A stretch of 59,896 bases of DNA, the filler included, from Dimargaris cristalligena (Eukaryota): the NCBI GenBank assembly GCA_003614675.1. It is 8 parts of 8 records of this genome, joined end to end, with 100 filler letters (N's around TTAATTAATTAA, not from the genome) between each part and the next. Parts side by side here need not be neighbours in the genome. Positions count along the whole stretch, not along the records: positions 22,607 to 30,019 come from ML003418.1; positions 30,120 to 37,499 come from ML003419.1; 6 more parts are not named here. One strand, 5' to 3'. The number at the start of each line of letters is the position of its first letter. Position 1 is the stretch's first letter. The translations under genes and the position numbers were made by a program. The notes below the pieces were generated by a model. The model saw only the letters and a program-made list of their open reading frames with translations. It had not been told where the DNA came from and made no database searches. Below are positions 22,661 to 34,457 of the stretch, piece by piece.

Positions 22661-24543
22661 TTATACGACGCTCTTGGTTTGGTTCATCTCGGAAAAATCT
22701 TGGAAAAATTCCTCGAGATCTTCGCTTCCATCGACGTCTAGGCGACGAGGTGGTTATGGGTTTGCACAAAGGTAACCGCGTAAGATTAGTAATGGAACAA
22801 AACGACAACCAGTTAGACTAACTAGCTTTGGTAGCCGGTGACTGGAGGTGGGGCGGAGTATGGCCATATCGAGGGAACGGAATTTCCGAAACTCGGGGGC
22901 ACTTACCTATAAAATTTGAATTATTATCGAGCGGCGGTGGAGGCATAGACAGCAAGGAAGAGGAAGTTGATCTATCGAGTAGGAGGCCAGTAGCGGATAC
23001 AGTACAGTCAATTACAAATAGACCAATAGTTGAGCCCACGTATGGGCCATTGGGTTAAATAATAAGGCTCGAGTGTATATATTGTAAAGCAAATCCCTTC
23101 GATCAAGTGAAGAGGGACACTGGGGGATCATATTTTTACCCTTATAAGCAAATCGCTACAGTGGCCCCATACGTTCCACATTTCAAATACAATTGCAGGT
23201 TGGGGACGATTAGCTTCCCCGTAATAGAAAGTTGAACAAAATGCATACCCGAATGACGATGCTTTTCGTTGAGAGGAACTATTGCTCCGCGATGCCGAGG
23301 GTTTACGTTTGGGGGAGCCGTCAAGTAGCTTAGCCGGAATTTTGGTGTGATTGGGGGCGGATTTAAGGGAAGGTGAGTTTCGGTTTGAGCCAGGTTTGGT
23401 CTTCTTTCGTATGCTGGTCCCATTACTATCCTTGGAACCCGGTATTTTGCGTTTGCGCTCGACAGTGCCGTTGAGGAGTTTACTGTCGTCCACGAAGGTA
23501 TCGCGATCATCATGCTGGTACTGACTACTGGATCCCGAGGGGTAGGGCGACCCACTATACCGGTCCGACTGGGCCCCAGTCCTAAATTTAAAAAGAGAAT
23601 GCCCAGTATAGTACAAAGATGGCCGTATGTCAGAGAGTTTTAGGGCTTGATAACTAAAATTGAGGGGAGCTGGATTCGGCCAAATAGGTAGCTATTTGAA
23701 TCAAATGACCCAACTTACCGTCGAGAGGATTGGCGTCGACTAGATAATCCTAGACATTTCTCTAAATGGGGTGCGTAGCGGGCGGCGGGGTACTGCCTCT
23801 GACAAGTTGTACAAAGGTAGGTCTCCGTGCTGGGGATTTTTGATGGATCGTTACCAAAAATATCTAAACCCGGTTTATTGACTGGTAGGATCAATGTGCC
23901 ACCACGTTAGAGAGGTATGCAAGGCAAAGAACAGGAATATAAAATAGTTTAGAGCGGTGTGGAAGGGGTGTATGGTGCTAATTGGGTTGGTGAGATGGAA
24001 TAGGAATATGTCTCTGTCCAAATCAAAGTGGGAGTGAGTTGACAGGAGGCAGCGGTTAATCGATCGAGGCACTTATTAATATATTAAACAAGCTTCGATT
24101 TTCTATTAATTGGATTGCCAGGGCTTACCGTAACATCGGCATCTAGCGTCGCGACGTTATTGATCGAGTGCATTAAATGTGGGGATGCATATTAATTGAG
24201 ACGGATACAATAGGGGGATTAGGGGGGAATACGACTATACTATTTACGAGGATGATGACTAGATGCCCAAGAATCATCGGGATTAAACCAGATCAGACTA
24301 ACCTAGTGTTGCAGACGGCGCAGGGCAAACCGGCAATTTTATGTTCTTTGTGAGACTCTGCGACCACCTCAAAAATGCACATCTCAAACAGCTCATAAAA
24401 CAGGCCCCGACACTGGGATATTTAACCGGCGAGTTAATAGAATAGAGGGGGGTGGCAAACGGCGGTAGGTGGTTAGTGGTTGATTGACGGCGTGTAACCA
24501 AGGCACGAGTGGATCCGCCCGAGCGATCGCTTAATAAGGCCAT
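22661..24543 (-). CDS. SGF11: SAGA deubiquitination module subunit Sgf11/ATXN7L3, ~268 aa; exons 24543-24499 (tentative), 24412-24303, 24142-24129, 23881-23719, 23581-23249, 22971-22907, 22737-22661
   Basis: Spliced translation: LFYELFEMCIFEVVAESHKEHK...CAVCNTRCRCYVNKPGLDIFG...YLCTTCQRQYPAARYAPHLEKCLGL (Sgf11 zinc finger); all GT-AG phases consistent; exon 1 donor is weak (GTTACA). Confidence 0.88.
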
Positions 24544-26869
24544 TGGTGTGCTCCAAGGCATTTAGGGGAAATCTGTGCTACCGCTCCGCTCCGCCCTGGC
24601 ACCAGTGGAAGTTGGGACCTGGGTACCCATGGCCAAGCAAAGAGAGACCATGTGAGGCCTAGCAGTAGATTAAAAAGGGCGTAATGGGGCAAATACAGCC
24701 CTTTTGGCCCCCCTATAGCCCACCACATCATGCTGACATCTGCTTCGCCCCCGTTGGAACTCTGCTGCAGTAGGTGATAATGGCATGATGCCATGGCCTA
24801 GAAAAGATGGCATTTGGCCATTCACGAATGCAGCCCAACCGCTGAATCCTCCTCCCCCTATGATTGATCACTGGGTACCGAGGGCGTTGCTACTAGCTAT
24901 ATACCTATTTAACTATCCATGCCTGTGGATTGCTATAACAGGCGTTAGTATTGCCGGGCTGTACAACTTACCAGCATGGCTCGACTGGGTACGGCGGATG
25001 AAGACGGGTCTTTGAAGGGCGAATGGGCCGAAGTATGGTTGGGAGGCATGGTGCAGACCGAACGGCAAATGCCAACCACGGGGTATAAGAGACGGGGAAG
25101 AGCTTGGGTATGTGTGTGTGGGGGGGGGAGGGAAGGAAGGGGAAGTTCCTCTAAAATACCGAGCAGCACGAAGAGAATCAGGGAGGAGTAAAAGGCAGCA
25201 GGGCGTGAAACAACAAAGGCTCAACACAAAACAGCTGGAAAGTGGCGGCGGCTCCACCACCAATAACCGTGGTTGGAGGGAGAAGGAGAAGAAGGAGAGC
25301 AACCAGCGAAACCCTTGGTGGTCTTGGAGGCAAAGGCGGAGGAGGACTTGCTCGGTTGAAAGTAATGGAATGGAGCGGAGTGCAGCAAAGGTTTAGGGAG
25401 ACCACCATACGTGGGGGTAAAACAGAGTGGGCTGGCTTTGCTCTATACTGCCTGGGCGGGTGGCACCCCTAGTCCTTTACTTTATATAGCGAGAGGTGTC
25501 TGGACCGTAATATAAAAGGAAGAAGCGGTATATCCGATAGCCTGCTGCTATTCTTGGGTACGCAGAGGAGGGACCCGGCAATTCGGACAGAGCGAGAGAT
25601 GGAGGAGGACACACACAAGAAGAGGGGAAGCGAAATAAGCTGCTGAAGCGCAGAGCTAAAAGCCAGGTCTCTTACCAGTTGGTGGTGTTCCTTGTAATGG
25701 TATTATTATGGAGTTGGTGTTTGTCATCTTTGTTTGTGGCTATGGTATGGCGGCTCTTCTGCCTGGCCAACAGCCCCCGCCGTCACCTTGCCGCACTTTT
25801 CTTCCTTCTGTTCAACGGATTCAGTATTATTCATTCAGCCATTCATTCATTCTGCTTTCCTTCACTCACACTACTGACTCGCCAAAAATCCCCCGAGCCG
25901 AGTGAAAAGACAGCTGGGGCGGCCAATTACATTGGGTTCCTCTGAGTAAATAGAGGATAAAGTGTGGTACATTACATTATTATGAGCGTGAACATGACCA
26001 TATCAAAAATTCACTTCTTTGATTTATCAATTTGGATTTGCAATTCTTCACTAAACCCCTGGAGCTCGCCGGCCATCTTGCAAAGGACACCATGATATGG
26101 TAGGCCTAACTAATCAAGGAATTTACTATTGGAACCGTCCATCCGGAATAGGGTGCATTAGGAAGGGTGGGCTTGTCCAAAGCCCGCTGTAGCGAGGAAA
26201 CCTTGGATTTAAAATCTCACTCATACTGCTTTACTTCAACCTGCACCTATATTATACTCATCGAGACCCGATCGGAAATAATGTATAATTTGTGCCCTGC
26301 CTAAGCCAATGCCTATGGCTAGTTCATCATTATCACGTGTTTGCAATATCGGTCACCTGATGTATTCTGTTATGCGGAGAAGAGACGCTCGTATAAGTAA
26401 CTAGGCAGGCCTGAGGAGAGTAGTGCCGTCGCGGCGCTGGTTTTTTCCAAGCTGCGAGAATACGAGGGCAAAGAGAAATAATCCTCTATGCCATACCAGA
26501 AATCCGGCGAGGTGGCCGCTATTATACCCATCATAGGCTGTGAGAGAGAGAGAGCTTGTGTGTGTGTGTGTGTGTATGTGGTGCGGATTTCGCACTGCAC
26601 AATGAAGAAGGCGCAGATTACTACCACCACTGCTGAGATCCCCCCACTCTCTACGATTAGCAGACGGGCTCCGACCACTTTCAACCACATAGCAACCTCC
26701 TTGTGATTCAACCAGCCCACCTACGATCAGCTTACCTTACTTTTAATTGTTCTTTTGAATCACTTTAGCGTGCACCATTCCCTCCAACCACGCATCTCTC
26801 TAGTCCCTGTGTAAAGCAGCCAATTCTTTAAATCCTTTTTTTCTCCCCGTCAAATCTTCCGCCGCCACG

Positions 26870-27955
26870 ATGATGAAAGAAAATTGGGCTGACGATATCG
26901 ATGAACTCGGTAAGTCTTTTCCACCCGACCCGTACCGTCCATCTGGTTCCCTCGACCCCCAGACTCCCCGTCCTATCCTACCACAACCCAGGGTTACCCC
27001 GAGGGATTCTGTAAACCCGCTCGAAATGCAGCCAACTTACTTACTCACTCACTAACTAATCGACCCTCTCACATCCCGTATATACCATTCCCCGCCACCT
27101 TCACCCACCGAACCAGAAACCCCTACCCCCGCCGTCTCGGAGGACAATAACATCAAAACCATCGTCGAGTACAAAACCAACGATGAGGGCAAAAAGGTGA
27201 AAGTGACCCGCAAAATCCAAATGAAGCTGGTCACCGAGACCGTCAACAAAGTGGTTGCCGAGCGCAAGAAGCTCCGCAAATTCGGACTCGAGTCCGGTAA
27301 CAAGCCCGGTCCCGACCCGGCCACCACTTCCCTAGGGGAGCAGGTGTTCCTCAAACTCACCGTGGGTTTCCAAGACGTCGAAACCGAAGAATCGCAAAAC
27401 AAGGTGCGCAGTAACCTCAAGGGCAAGAACATCGTGTGCCGTATCTGTAAGGGTGATCATTTCACCACCAAGTGTCCCTACAAGGATACCCTGCAACCCC
27501 TCCAGGACTTGGCCGCCGCTGGGGAAGGTGCTGATGAGGGTGCCGCCGGGGCGGATGCTACTTCCGCTTCGGCGGCCGCCGGCGCTGGGGCCGCTGGGGC
27601 CACCGAAGTCGGGGGTTCCGCCTACGTGCCACCCCATCTCCGCAACCGGGGTGCCGGGGCCGCAGGCCTTACCATGGACAGCGGTCGCGAACGGCGGGAC
27701 GACCTGCCCACTCTTCGCATCACCAACTTGTCCGAAGATACCCAGGAATCCGACCTCCAGACCCTGTGCCGTCACTTCGGCAGCGTTTCCCGCGTGTTTT
27801 TGGCCAAGGATCGGGAAACCCAAATCTGCCGGGGTTATGCTTTCGTTAGTTACTACGACAAGGAAGATGCGGTCAAGGCCCTGGCCGGTCTTAACGGTTA
27901 CGGTTACGACAATCTGATTCTCCACGCCGATTGGGCGAAGCAGAACACCAACTAA
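26870..27955 (+). CDS. TIF35: Translation initiation factor eIF3 subunit G, 292 aa; exons 26870-26909 and 27117-27955
   Basis: N-terminal NWADD; phase-1 GTAAGT..ACTAAC..CAG intron; CRICKGDHFTTKCPY zinc knuckle; YVPPHLR; C-terminal RRM (RGYAFVSY, GYGYDNLIL). Confidence 0.96.
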
Positions 27956-27987
<32 letters not shown>

Positions 27988-28242
27988 GGCAAGGAAGGAA
28001 CCCCCCCCCCCCTCTCCTTCCCAATGTGACTTACTTATACATCTTCCACTACTGCCAAAAACTACTATCAGTATGTCTGAATAACTATATACGTGTATGG
28101 GTTTGAAGTTTGAAGGTTGAGTTCAGGTTCGTTTTCGTGTTCGGGTGTGAGGATATCGGTTGAATGATACAATACATAAATAAAATATTGTTCGCGATAC
28201 GTTCATTTTAACCAGCTTTTTTAGCTGCCTCTGTAAATGGGT

Positions 28243-28387
28243 TGGTATTAGCTGTTCGGCCCAGCTGTATAAGATTTCAAATGGCATGTGTATGGGAAAT
28301 TAGGCCGGAAATTTATTTTTCAACCAGTAGCATTTGCCTTATCCAACGGAGTTTTATTTATACAGGCTGGCTGAATCACTCTCATTG
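28243..28387 (+). mobile_element. MITE family A copy 5, degenerate ends
   Basis: TTCGGCCCAGCTGTATAAG...GTGTATGGG...AACCAGTAGCATT...TTATACAGGCTGG internal homology. Confidence 0.7.
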
Positions 28388-28698
28388 GCATAAGGCCCCG
28401 GGCAACGGAGAGCCTGTCCAGGCAGGGCAGTAATCTAAGTATCGGGAAACCTAATGGGTGGTCCAAGATAGGTACTTGATGAGGGATATTGAATATACAA
28501 CGGGATAACGAGAAGTAAGAGCCTTTCTACCACTCCCAGCTGTGCAGTACCTTGGTAGTTGTCACTAAACAACTGACCATTCCAATTAGTAGTCCTACTA
28601 ATATACCCGGGCCTTAATTCGACCGAGACAAGTGGGTCATTGCCAAGAGTAATAGTAATTCTGGTGCTATGCTACTGGACTAAATGATTGATCGATTG

Positions 28699-28842
28699 AT
28701 ATGGGTAAAATTCAAACCAGCTGTATAAGGTTTTACAATATACGTGTATGGGCGAATATATGTGAGAATATCTTTTAACCAGTAATATTGGCCGCATCCA
28801 ATGGATTTTTCATTATACAGCCTAAATGAACTTCTCCCATAT
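28699..28842 (+). mobile_element. MITE family A copy 6, best-preserved
   Basis: Left TIR ATATGGGTAAAATTCAAACCAGCTGTATAA vs reverse complement of right TIR ATATGGGAGAAGTTCATTTAGGCTGTATAA. Confidence 0.88.
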
Positions 28843-29829
28843 TGAAGTATTTCGTGGTGACTATGTTGTACTAAACGATCCCAGTGGTGGCAGTTTCCTG
28901 CCTGGGAGTAGCTATTCAATGGGTTTAAGTGGAACATGATCAATTTTCGCGCCCATATCATGGATACGGCTGGTATAACATATATCCTGGGACGTTGGTG
29001 CATAAGAGCGTAAAATAAATTTACTTTTTGGACCACTTGTATCTAGTCTGAAGATATCGATAGTAGCACCATAATTTCCGCGACCTACCCACTCGAACTG
29101 ATTTGAATTCCTTATAACAGCCACCAATTGCATTAATGATAACAGGCCGTATTCCGTGTTGCCATATTCGATTTCAAAAAATGGCATCTAAGATTCGCTC
29201 TATCAAAAGAAAAAGCTATTAGGTATACTGTTTTCCAGTTAATTGGGCAGTTGCTTGATACCTAGTCGACATTAAATTGTGAATATAGAAATAATGAAAT
29301 GACTTTTATTACTAAAAGAGAAATATATACTCTGTTATGGGTTAGTTGAAAAGAGTTTGAATTATTAACAATCACTTATGGATTTTATTTTTTGATTAAA
29401 ACTGGGGCGTAGAGAGATGATTGAAGCAGATAAGGACAAATAGGTCCAACGGTGGTTCCAAATCCAATATAAATTTGGTCAGGGCCTGGCAATACCATCT
29501 ATTCAAAAGTCAAAATACTTATGAATATAACCAAGCCCATTTCCGCCACCATTAATCAATTAACAAACTCAGCCACCAAGCCTTTGTCTGTTGCTTGGAT
29601 GACTGGTGTAAAATTGCCAATTGGTCTTCGGTTTCAATACCACATAAAATTAATTGGTATAAACCGGAAAAATAAGGAACGTTGCACTAAATAATACGAA
29701 ATTAGTACAAAAGGGTGGAAGTTCCTCATCAGTAAAAGCTATTAATCAAAATACATGTAATAATAATAACACACTACATATATCCCGAAGAATAGAACCC
29801 TTCCACCATCATAAGTGATCCTTGGTATT

Positions 29830-30018
29830 TCACTCTGCGTCGGATGGGGGAGGGGGAATGCCGCCCTTCTGGGGTAGACGGGGGGCTGACCTCGTGAAGA
29901 AGGAAAAGTCCCTCCAGGATCTCTTGGGGGACTTATGTCCCTTCTTCTTGTAAGGGGGAGTATTAAAATTTGTATTCTGCAATCTTGCAGAATGCGACCC
30001 CCGGTTGCCTATGGGGCC
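29830..30018 (-). CDS. Possible 3' end of a CDS truncated by the contig edge
   Basis: 63-codon open frame GPIGNRGSHS...GGIPPPPSDAE*, followed by AT-rich 3' sequence. Confidence 0.3.
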   Translation of the reverse strand, partial: GPIGNRGSHSARLQNTNFNTPPYKKKGHKSPKRSWRDFSFFTRSAPRLPQKGGIPPPPSDAE

Positions 30019-30695
30019 GNNNNNNNNNNNNNNNNNNNNNNNNNNNNNNNNNNNNNNNNNNNNTTAATTAATTAANNNNNNNNNNNNNNNNNNNNNNNNN
30101 NNNNNNNNNNNNNNNNNNNTGATCCTCGAGTTATAAGTAAGAACTATGAATACTAAATACTGAATATTGAATGTTGAATATTGGAAAAACGGCCTAGTCA
30201 TTGAATGGCTTATAACTGGGTGGGAAAAGATGAAGACTGGTATTTGGTGATGTTCTTCATCTTCCTAAACTAAAAATAGTTTGGCCGGGATATACTATTA
30301 GAGATTAAGCAGGCCCGGCCACAACAACAGACTGAGTGGTTAATCTGGGAAATAAATTAGTAGTTTATAATAAAAAAAGACAAATATTAATAATGATTTT
30401 TTATCAAAATTCTTAGTCAGTTACATTATACCTTTCCTATATTGAATCTCCAGGGTCATCCCAGTCTTACATGCACTGACTGGTACACTAGTTTATTGGG
30501 CCTATTAGGGAAAGCAAAATCCATGGGATATATTATATAGGGAAGTATTATAAATACATGTTCAAATTGTAGAACAAAGGAAGAGGTGGCCCCACCACAG
30601 GACCAACTTAATAAAGAATAGTACACCAAATTCTGAACATCCATCCTCATAACCAAACCCGAAAAATTCTCGAGGTCCAATTAAATCAAGAAAAT

Positions 30696-33600
30696 TTAGG
30701 TATCGTATGTTTGATTGTCCACCTCCGAAATAATCGGTTGGCCCCGTATAAGGGCAGCGATGTGATCTTCGTAGGCCTTGGGCGAATGTTCCGTAAACAT
30801 GGACCGACTGAAATTGAGTTCAAAGAACCGCGAGGTGACATCGAGGCAACGGTAGAGTGACATATACCGCACGGGCTTATTGGTCGAGTCAGTTACATCA
30901 CCATCGGCCAATGTATGGTTGGGGCTGGCGGCCAAGTCCACGGCGGACGACCGTTGACTGGCCAATCGAATGGGTTGGTGAACACTTTGCTGAACTCGGG
31001 GACCGGCCTGGATTTTGGTGGGTGGGGAATTATCCAGGATATAAACATCACCCGGTGGATACAGTTTTTCGGTGTTCATACTCGCCCGCATGGTTTGAAT
31101 AAGAGACCAGAACCAGTCGGCGTATTCACCCACCGGAATGGAAGGCTTCACCAAAGTGGTCGTCGTCGTAGTGAGTGTCGGACTATTCCGAGTGGAGGAG
31201 TTCAAAAGCGTCGATTGGGGGGCTGCCAAGGGGGAGTGAGTCCGAGTATGCCCGTTAGCCGGGCCTTCAGTGGCCTGGCTCCCTGAATTCGAATTCGAAT
31301 TCTGACGGGCCCTTTTGCTGGCACTGACGTAGCGATGACTACGCACCGTAAGGTCCTTGAACTGGGCCGTTCGTTCCACCCGTTTTTGGCGCACCAATGT
31401 CGTGACGGTCCGCTGGACGATTTTTTCAGCAAGGGGTTCTTTTTCCGCGGCTAAAATCGTGGCCACATTTTTGAAATCGTGCAGGAGACCCAGTGATAGG
31501 CAGGGGACGACGTCGTGGGCGTTGGCGATGGATGTAATAAGGCCCCGGCAGTAAATGGCGAGGTCGATACTGGCTACACAGGGAACCCCGTAGGCGTAAC
31601 AATGAATCGGTCGATTGGGGGGCAACCCCGATGCCTCGGAGGTAACAAACCAGCGAATGGGCGCGGATGAAGGGGCGGTGGTGGTGCGCTTGGTACCCCG
31701 AGTGGCGGCGGGTCGCTGTAAACTGACATGCACATCGTCTGAGGTAAACACAGGGGAATCAGGATTTTCCATCGAGGCCCGCAGCTGCTCGGCGTAGTGA
31801 GTATCGCCCTGAGCTAGTTCGTCGGGTGAATGAAGAACCACTCGGGACCATAGGATAGCCAGAATGGCTGCCACTCCACCCCCTAACGAATGTCCGCAAA
31901 ATACGAGACCGTAGTTGGGGTATTGTAGCATAGCGTCACGTAACTCGCGGAACACGGGCGAGTTGGAAGCGGCCAGTAATTGGGCACTCTGGAGTACCCC
32001 TGCGTGGGTACGATAATGGGGACGGGTTGTCCCGGTGTTCCGGGGTAAATCGGGGTAGGGTAGGTCAAATTCCGCGTAGTGGAAGAACAGGTCCGTCAAG
32101 ACGTCCGACAGGCCCAAAGTACCCCGGCAGGTTAAAACAATAGCCGACAAATCATGGTCTACACTGATATAATGCACTAGTGCGTGGAGACTGGGCTTCG
32201 GTAGCTGACTGCCGGGGTTGTAGTTAAGGTGCGACAGAAGACCCCGGGGGGGCGAGGCACTGCGGGCCTGGCTACCTCCAGCTGAGCGATAGCTCCGAAT
32301 CCGGGCCTCATAGAGAGAGCTGAGGTTAGTATAGGATGAATAGAGGATGGAGTCCAAAGGCAGCTCGGTATGGGTGGCGAATGAGTGGTGGTTGGGGTGG
32401 TTGTGGCGGCGACTTAGGGGATTGCGGTAGGGCCGCGCGGGCGTGAGTGGAGTATGATGATTTGCGTGTGGGTGGTGATAGTGCTGGAATGACCGACGAC
32501 GGGAAGTCAGGGCCCGGGGGTGGTGGGTGGAGGCCGAAGTAGATGAAAGATGCGACCCCCGAGGCGGCAAAGGCGGGCGCGTTTCTCGGATCCGTCCTAA
32601 TGCAGCTGCGCGCTTAGATGCCAGTCGCCGCTGAATACCGAAAATACGCATAAATCGGCTCCCGTAGGCGGCGGAGGCATAGCGAATGAAACGAGCAATG
32701 TTGCTCATGATAGGTCGCCGGGGAAAAGGCTGGATGGGGGGCCCCTGGACGGGTGGGTGGGGTGGGGGGATACTGGACGAGGATTCAACAGGAGCGGTAT
32801 ATGCTCGTTTGGGGACGACGGTAGGCTGAGCGTCAATACGTAACCGGTTGGGGTATATTGCTTTAGGCGATGGCGCGGTTCCTGTTGTATCCGGTAGCGA
32901 AGTCGGCTTTGAAGGGAAATAGAAGGCGTAGAGTTGGGACTGCGGGGAAACCTGGGGCTGAATGACATCGAAGCTCTTATGGCGCCGGTCCAGCGGGGCT
33001 GGATGGAGTGAAATGGCACCTCGGGGAGGAAGCGGCGGTACTAGGCTAAAAGACTTTGACCGCCTGGCCCTGGGCGCCGCCGAAGGGGGAAGATCGGGTG
33101 ATTCGGGATCGCTTATTGGTGAGGCACAAACGGGGCTTGGGACACTGTGGGGGGGCACCGCGTTCCGAACTGGTGTGTGTAGATGAGCCATAAGATCGAC
33201 CTCCATATGACGCAGAGTAGTTTCAGGGTTCGATAACGACGGCGACAAGGGCGCCGACTCCACGCTCTCCGGATCGGAATCAGTGGCTACGTCATCGGAT
33301 TCCGTTCCGCCAATGGACGGTTCCCGAGTAGTCGGGCGGCCATCCACGAAGCCGGTTTCCCGGAGTTCGCCTGGCTCGATATCATGCATCTGGGTGTAGG
33401 ACGACGAGGTAGGAGAAGGGAGATCCAGAGTATTCGCAGTCGCTAAGGAAAGGTCGCTTCCGTCGCCCGGCCGGGGAGTGACTACTCCACTCTGCGGATG
33501 GGACGACCGACTAAGTGGCGGAGAGGGGGCCGGTGACAAGGCGGAATCGAGCACCAGGGTTCGCCGGATAAGGGCCAATTTAAAGCGCCGGGCGGTTCGG

Positions 33601-34457
33601 TCCCCCGTGACACACTGTAAACAAGCGAAAGCCGTCAAGGCCCGCACGAAGGAGCTAAACGCCGTGATGGTACCCGACCGACTACTCAGCGCATGGAAAT
33701 CCGAATCATCGTAAATTTCCCGTTTGATCAGGCCCATAATCGCCGAGAGGGCCCGGGAAGTTTCGGTGGAACCGAACAGGGCATCAATCAATCGCACGGA
33801 TTCCTCGGCGCCGCGGAGACTGTAGGTGGCGGTATCGGCCACCACTTGGAACCCCGTCTGGACGAAATGTTCGGCCAGTTCATAGGAGCTATGCATCACA
33901 TAGGCGCCCAGAGCCGTGCCGCGTTCGGCCAATCGCAGCAATGCCGTGGCGCTATGCGGCAGGCACTGGGCCACGGCGTTCCGGGAAAATTGCCAGACGC
34001 CGTAGGCTAAGTCCCCTAAGGGCACGTGACCATAGCGCCGCAACCCCTGCACAAGCTGCAGGACCGTATTAAGCATGAATTCCGGGGTGGACACGGTGGC
34101 CGAGGTACTAAAGCGGACCATCTCTAGGGTGGTTTCAACGATGACGGCCAGGGCCCGGATGGACAGCCGAGTGGCGGTGGAAACCGAAGACACGGTGGAG
34201 GCCAGGTGGGGGTGGAGAATGGTCGGGTGAAGCTGGAAATTGAAGAGGCCCACAAGAGCCTGCTCGCTTTCAGTCTCGGTCTTTATCTCCCGGGCGGTTG
34301 GGGTGGTGGTGGTGGCATAGTCAGCGGCTCGGGACCGGGTTCCTAGTGCCTCATTTGACCTATCCATGGATGCTGCTGGGTCATTGAAATAATCGCTATA
34401 GTCGTCGCCGGCGGCGTGGTTGTTGCCATTGGTTGTTGTCCGTGTAGGACCTGCCAT
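30696..34457 (-). CDS. Class 3 lipase (alpha/beta hydrolase, diacylglycerol-lipase-like), 1253 aa
   Basis: VLTCRGTLGLSDVLTDL lid region, THAG, GHSLGGG nucleophile elbow, CYAYGVP, HDVVP, C-terminal MFTEH. Confidence 0.92.
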   Translation of the reverse strand: MAGPTRTTTNGNNHAAGDDYSDYFNDPAASMDRSNEALGTRSRAADYATTTTPTAREIKTETESEQALVGLFNFQLHPTILHPHLASTVSSVSTATRLSIRALAVIVETTLEMVRFSTSATVSTPEFMLNTVLQLVQGLRRYGHVPLGDLAYGVWQFSRNAVAQCLPHSATALLRLAERGTALGAYVMHSSYELAEHFVQTGFQVVADTATYSLRGAEESVRLIDALFGSTETSRALSAIMGLIKREIYDDSDFHALSSRSGTITAFSSFVRALTAFACLQCVTGDRTARRFKLALIRRTLVLDSALSPAPSPPLSRSSHPQSGVVTPRPGDGSDLSLATANTLDLPSPTSSSYTQMHDIEPGELRETGFVDGRPTTREPSIGGTESDDVATDSDPESVESAPLSPSLSNPETTLRHMEVDLMAHLHTPVRNAVPPHSVPSPVCASPISDPESPDLPPSAAPRARRSKSFSLVPPLPPRGAISLHPAPLDRRHKSFDVIQPQVSPQSQLYAFYFPSKPTSLPDTTGTAPSPKAIYPNRLRIDAQPTVVPKRAYTAPVESSSSIPPPHPPVQGPPIQPFPRRPIMSNIARFIRYASAAYGSRFMRIFGIQRRLASKRAAALGRIRETRPPLPPRGSHLSSTSASTHHPRALTSRRRSFQHYHHPHANHHTPLTPARPYRNPLSRRHNHPNHHSFATHTELPLDSILYSSYTNLSSLYEARIRSYRSAGGSQARSASPPRGLLSHLNYNPGSQLPKPSLHALVHYISVDHDLSAIVLTCRGTLGLSDVLTDLFFHYAEFDLPYPDLPRNTGTTRPHYRTHAGVLQSAQLLAASNSPVFRELRDAMLQYPNYGLVFCGHSLGGGVAAILAILWSRVVLHSPDELAQGDTHYAEQLRASMENPDSPVFTSDDVHVSLQRPAATRGTKRTTTAPSSAPIRWFVTSEASGLPPNRPIHCYAYGVPCVASIDLAIYCRGLITSIANAHDVVPCLSLGLLHDFKNVATILAAEKEPLAEKIVQRTVTTLVRQKRVERTAQFKDLTVRSHRYVSASKRARQNSNSNSGSQATEGPANGHTRTHSPLAAPQSTLLNSSTRNSPTLTTTTTTLVKPSIPVGEYADWFWSLIQTMRASMNTEKLYPPGDVYILDNSPPTKIQAGPRVQQSVHQPIRLASQRSSAVDLAASPNHTLADGDVTDSTNKPVRYMSLYRCLDVTSRFFELNFSRSMFTEHSPKAYEDHIAALIRGQPIISEVDNQTYDT

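Noticed and set aside
27332-28024. 230-aa antisense ORF over eIF3g, and similar shadow ORFs on other genes
   Set aside because: By-product of GC-rich codon usage on the sense strand
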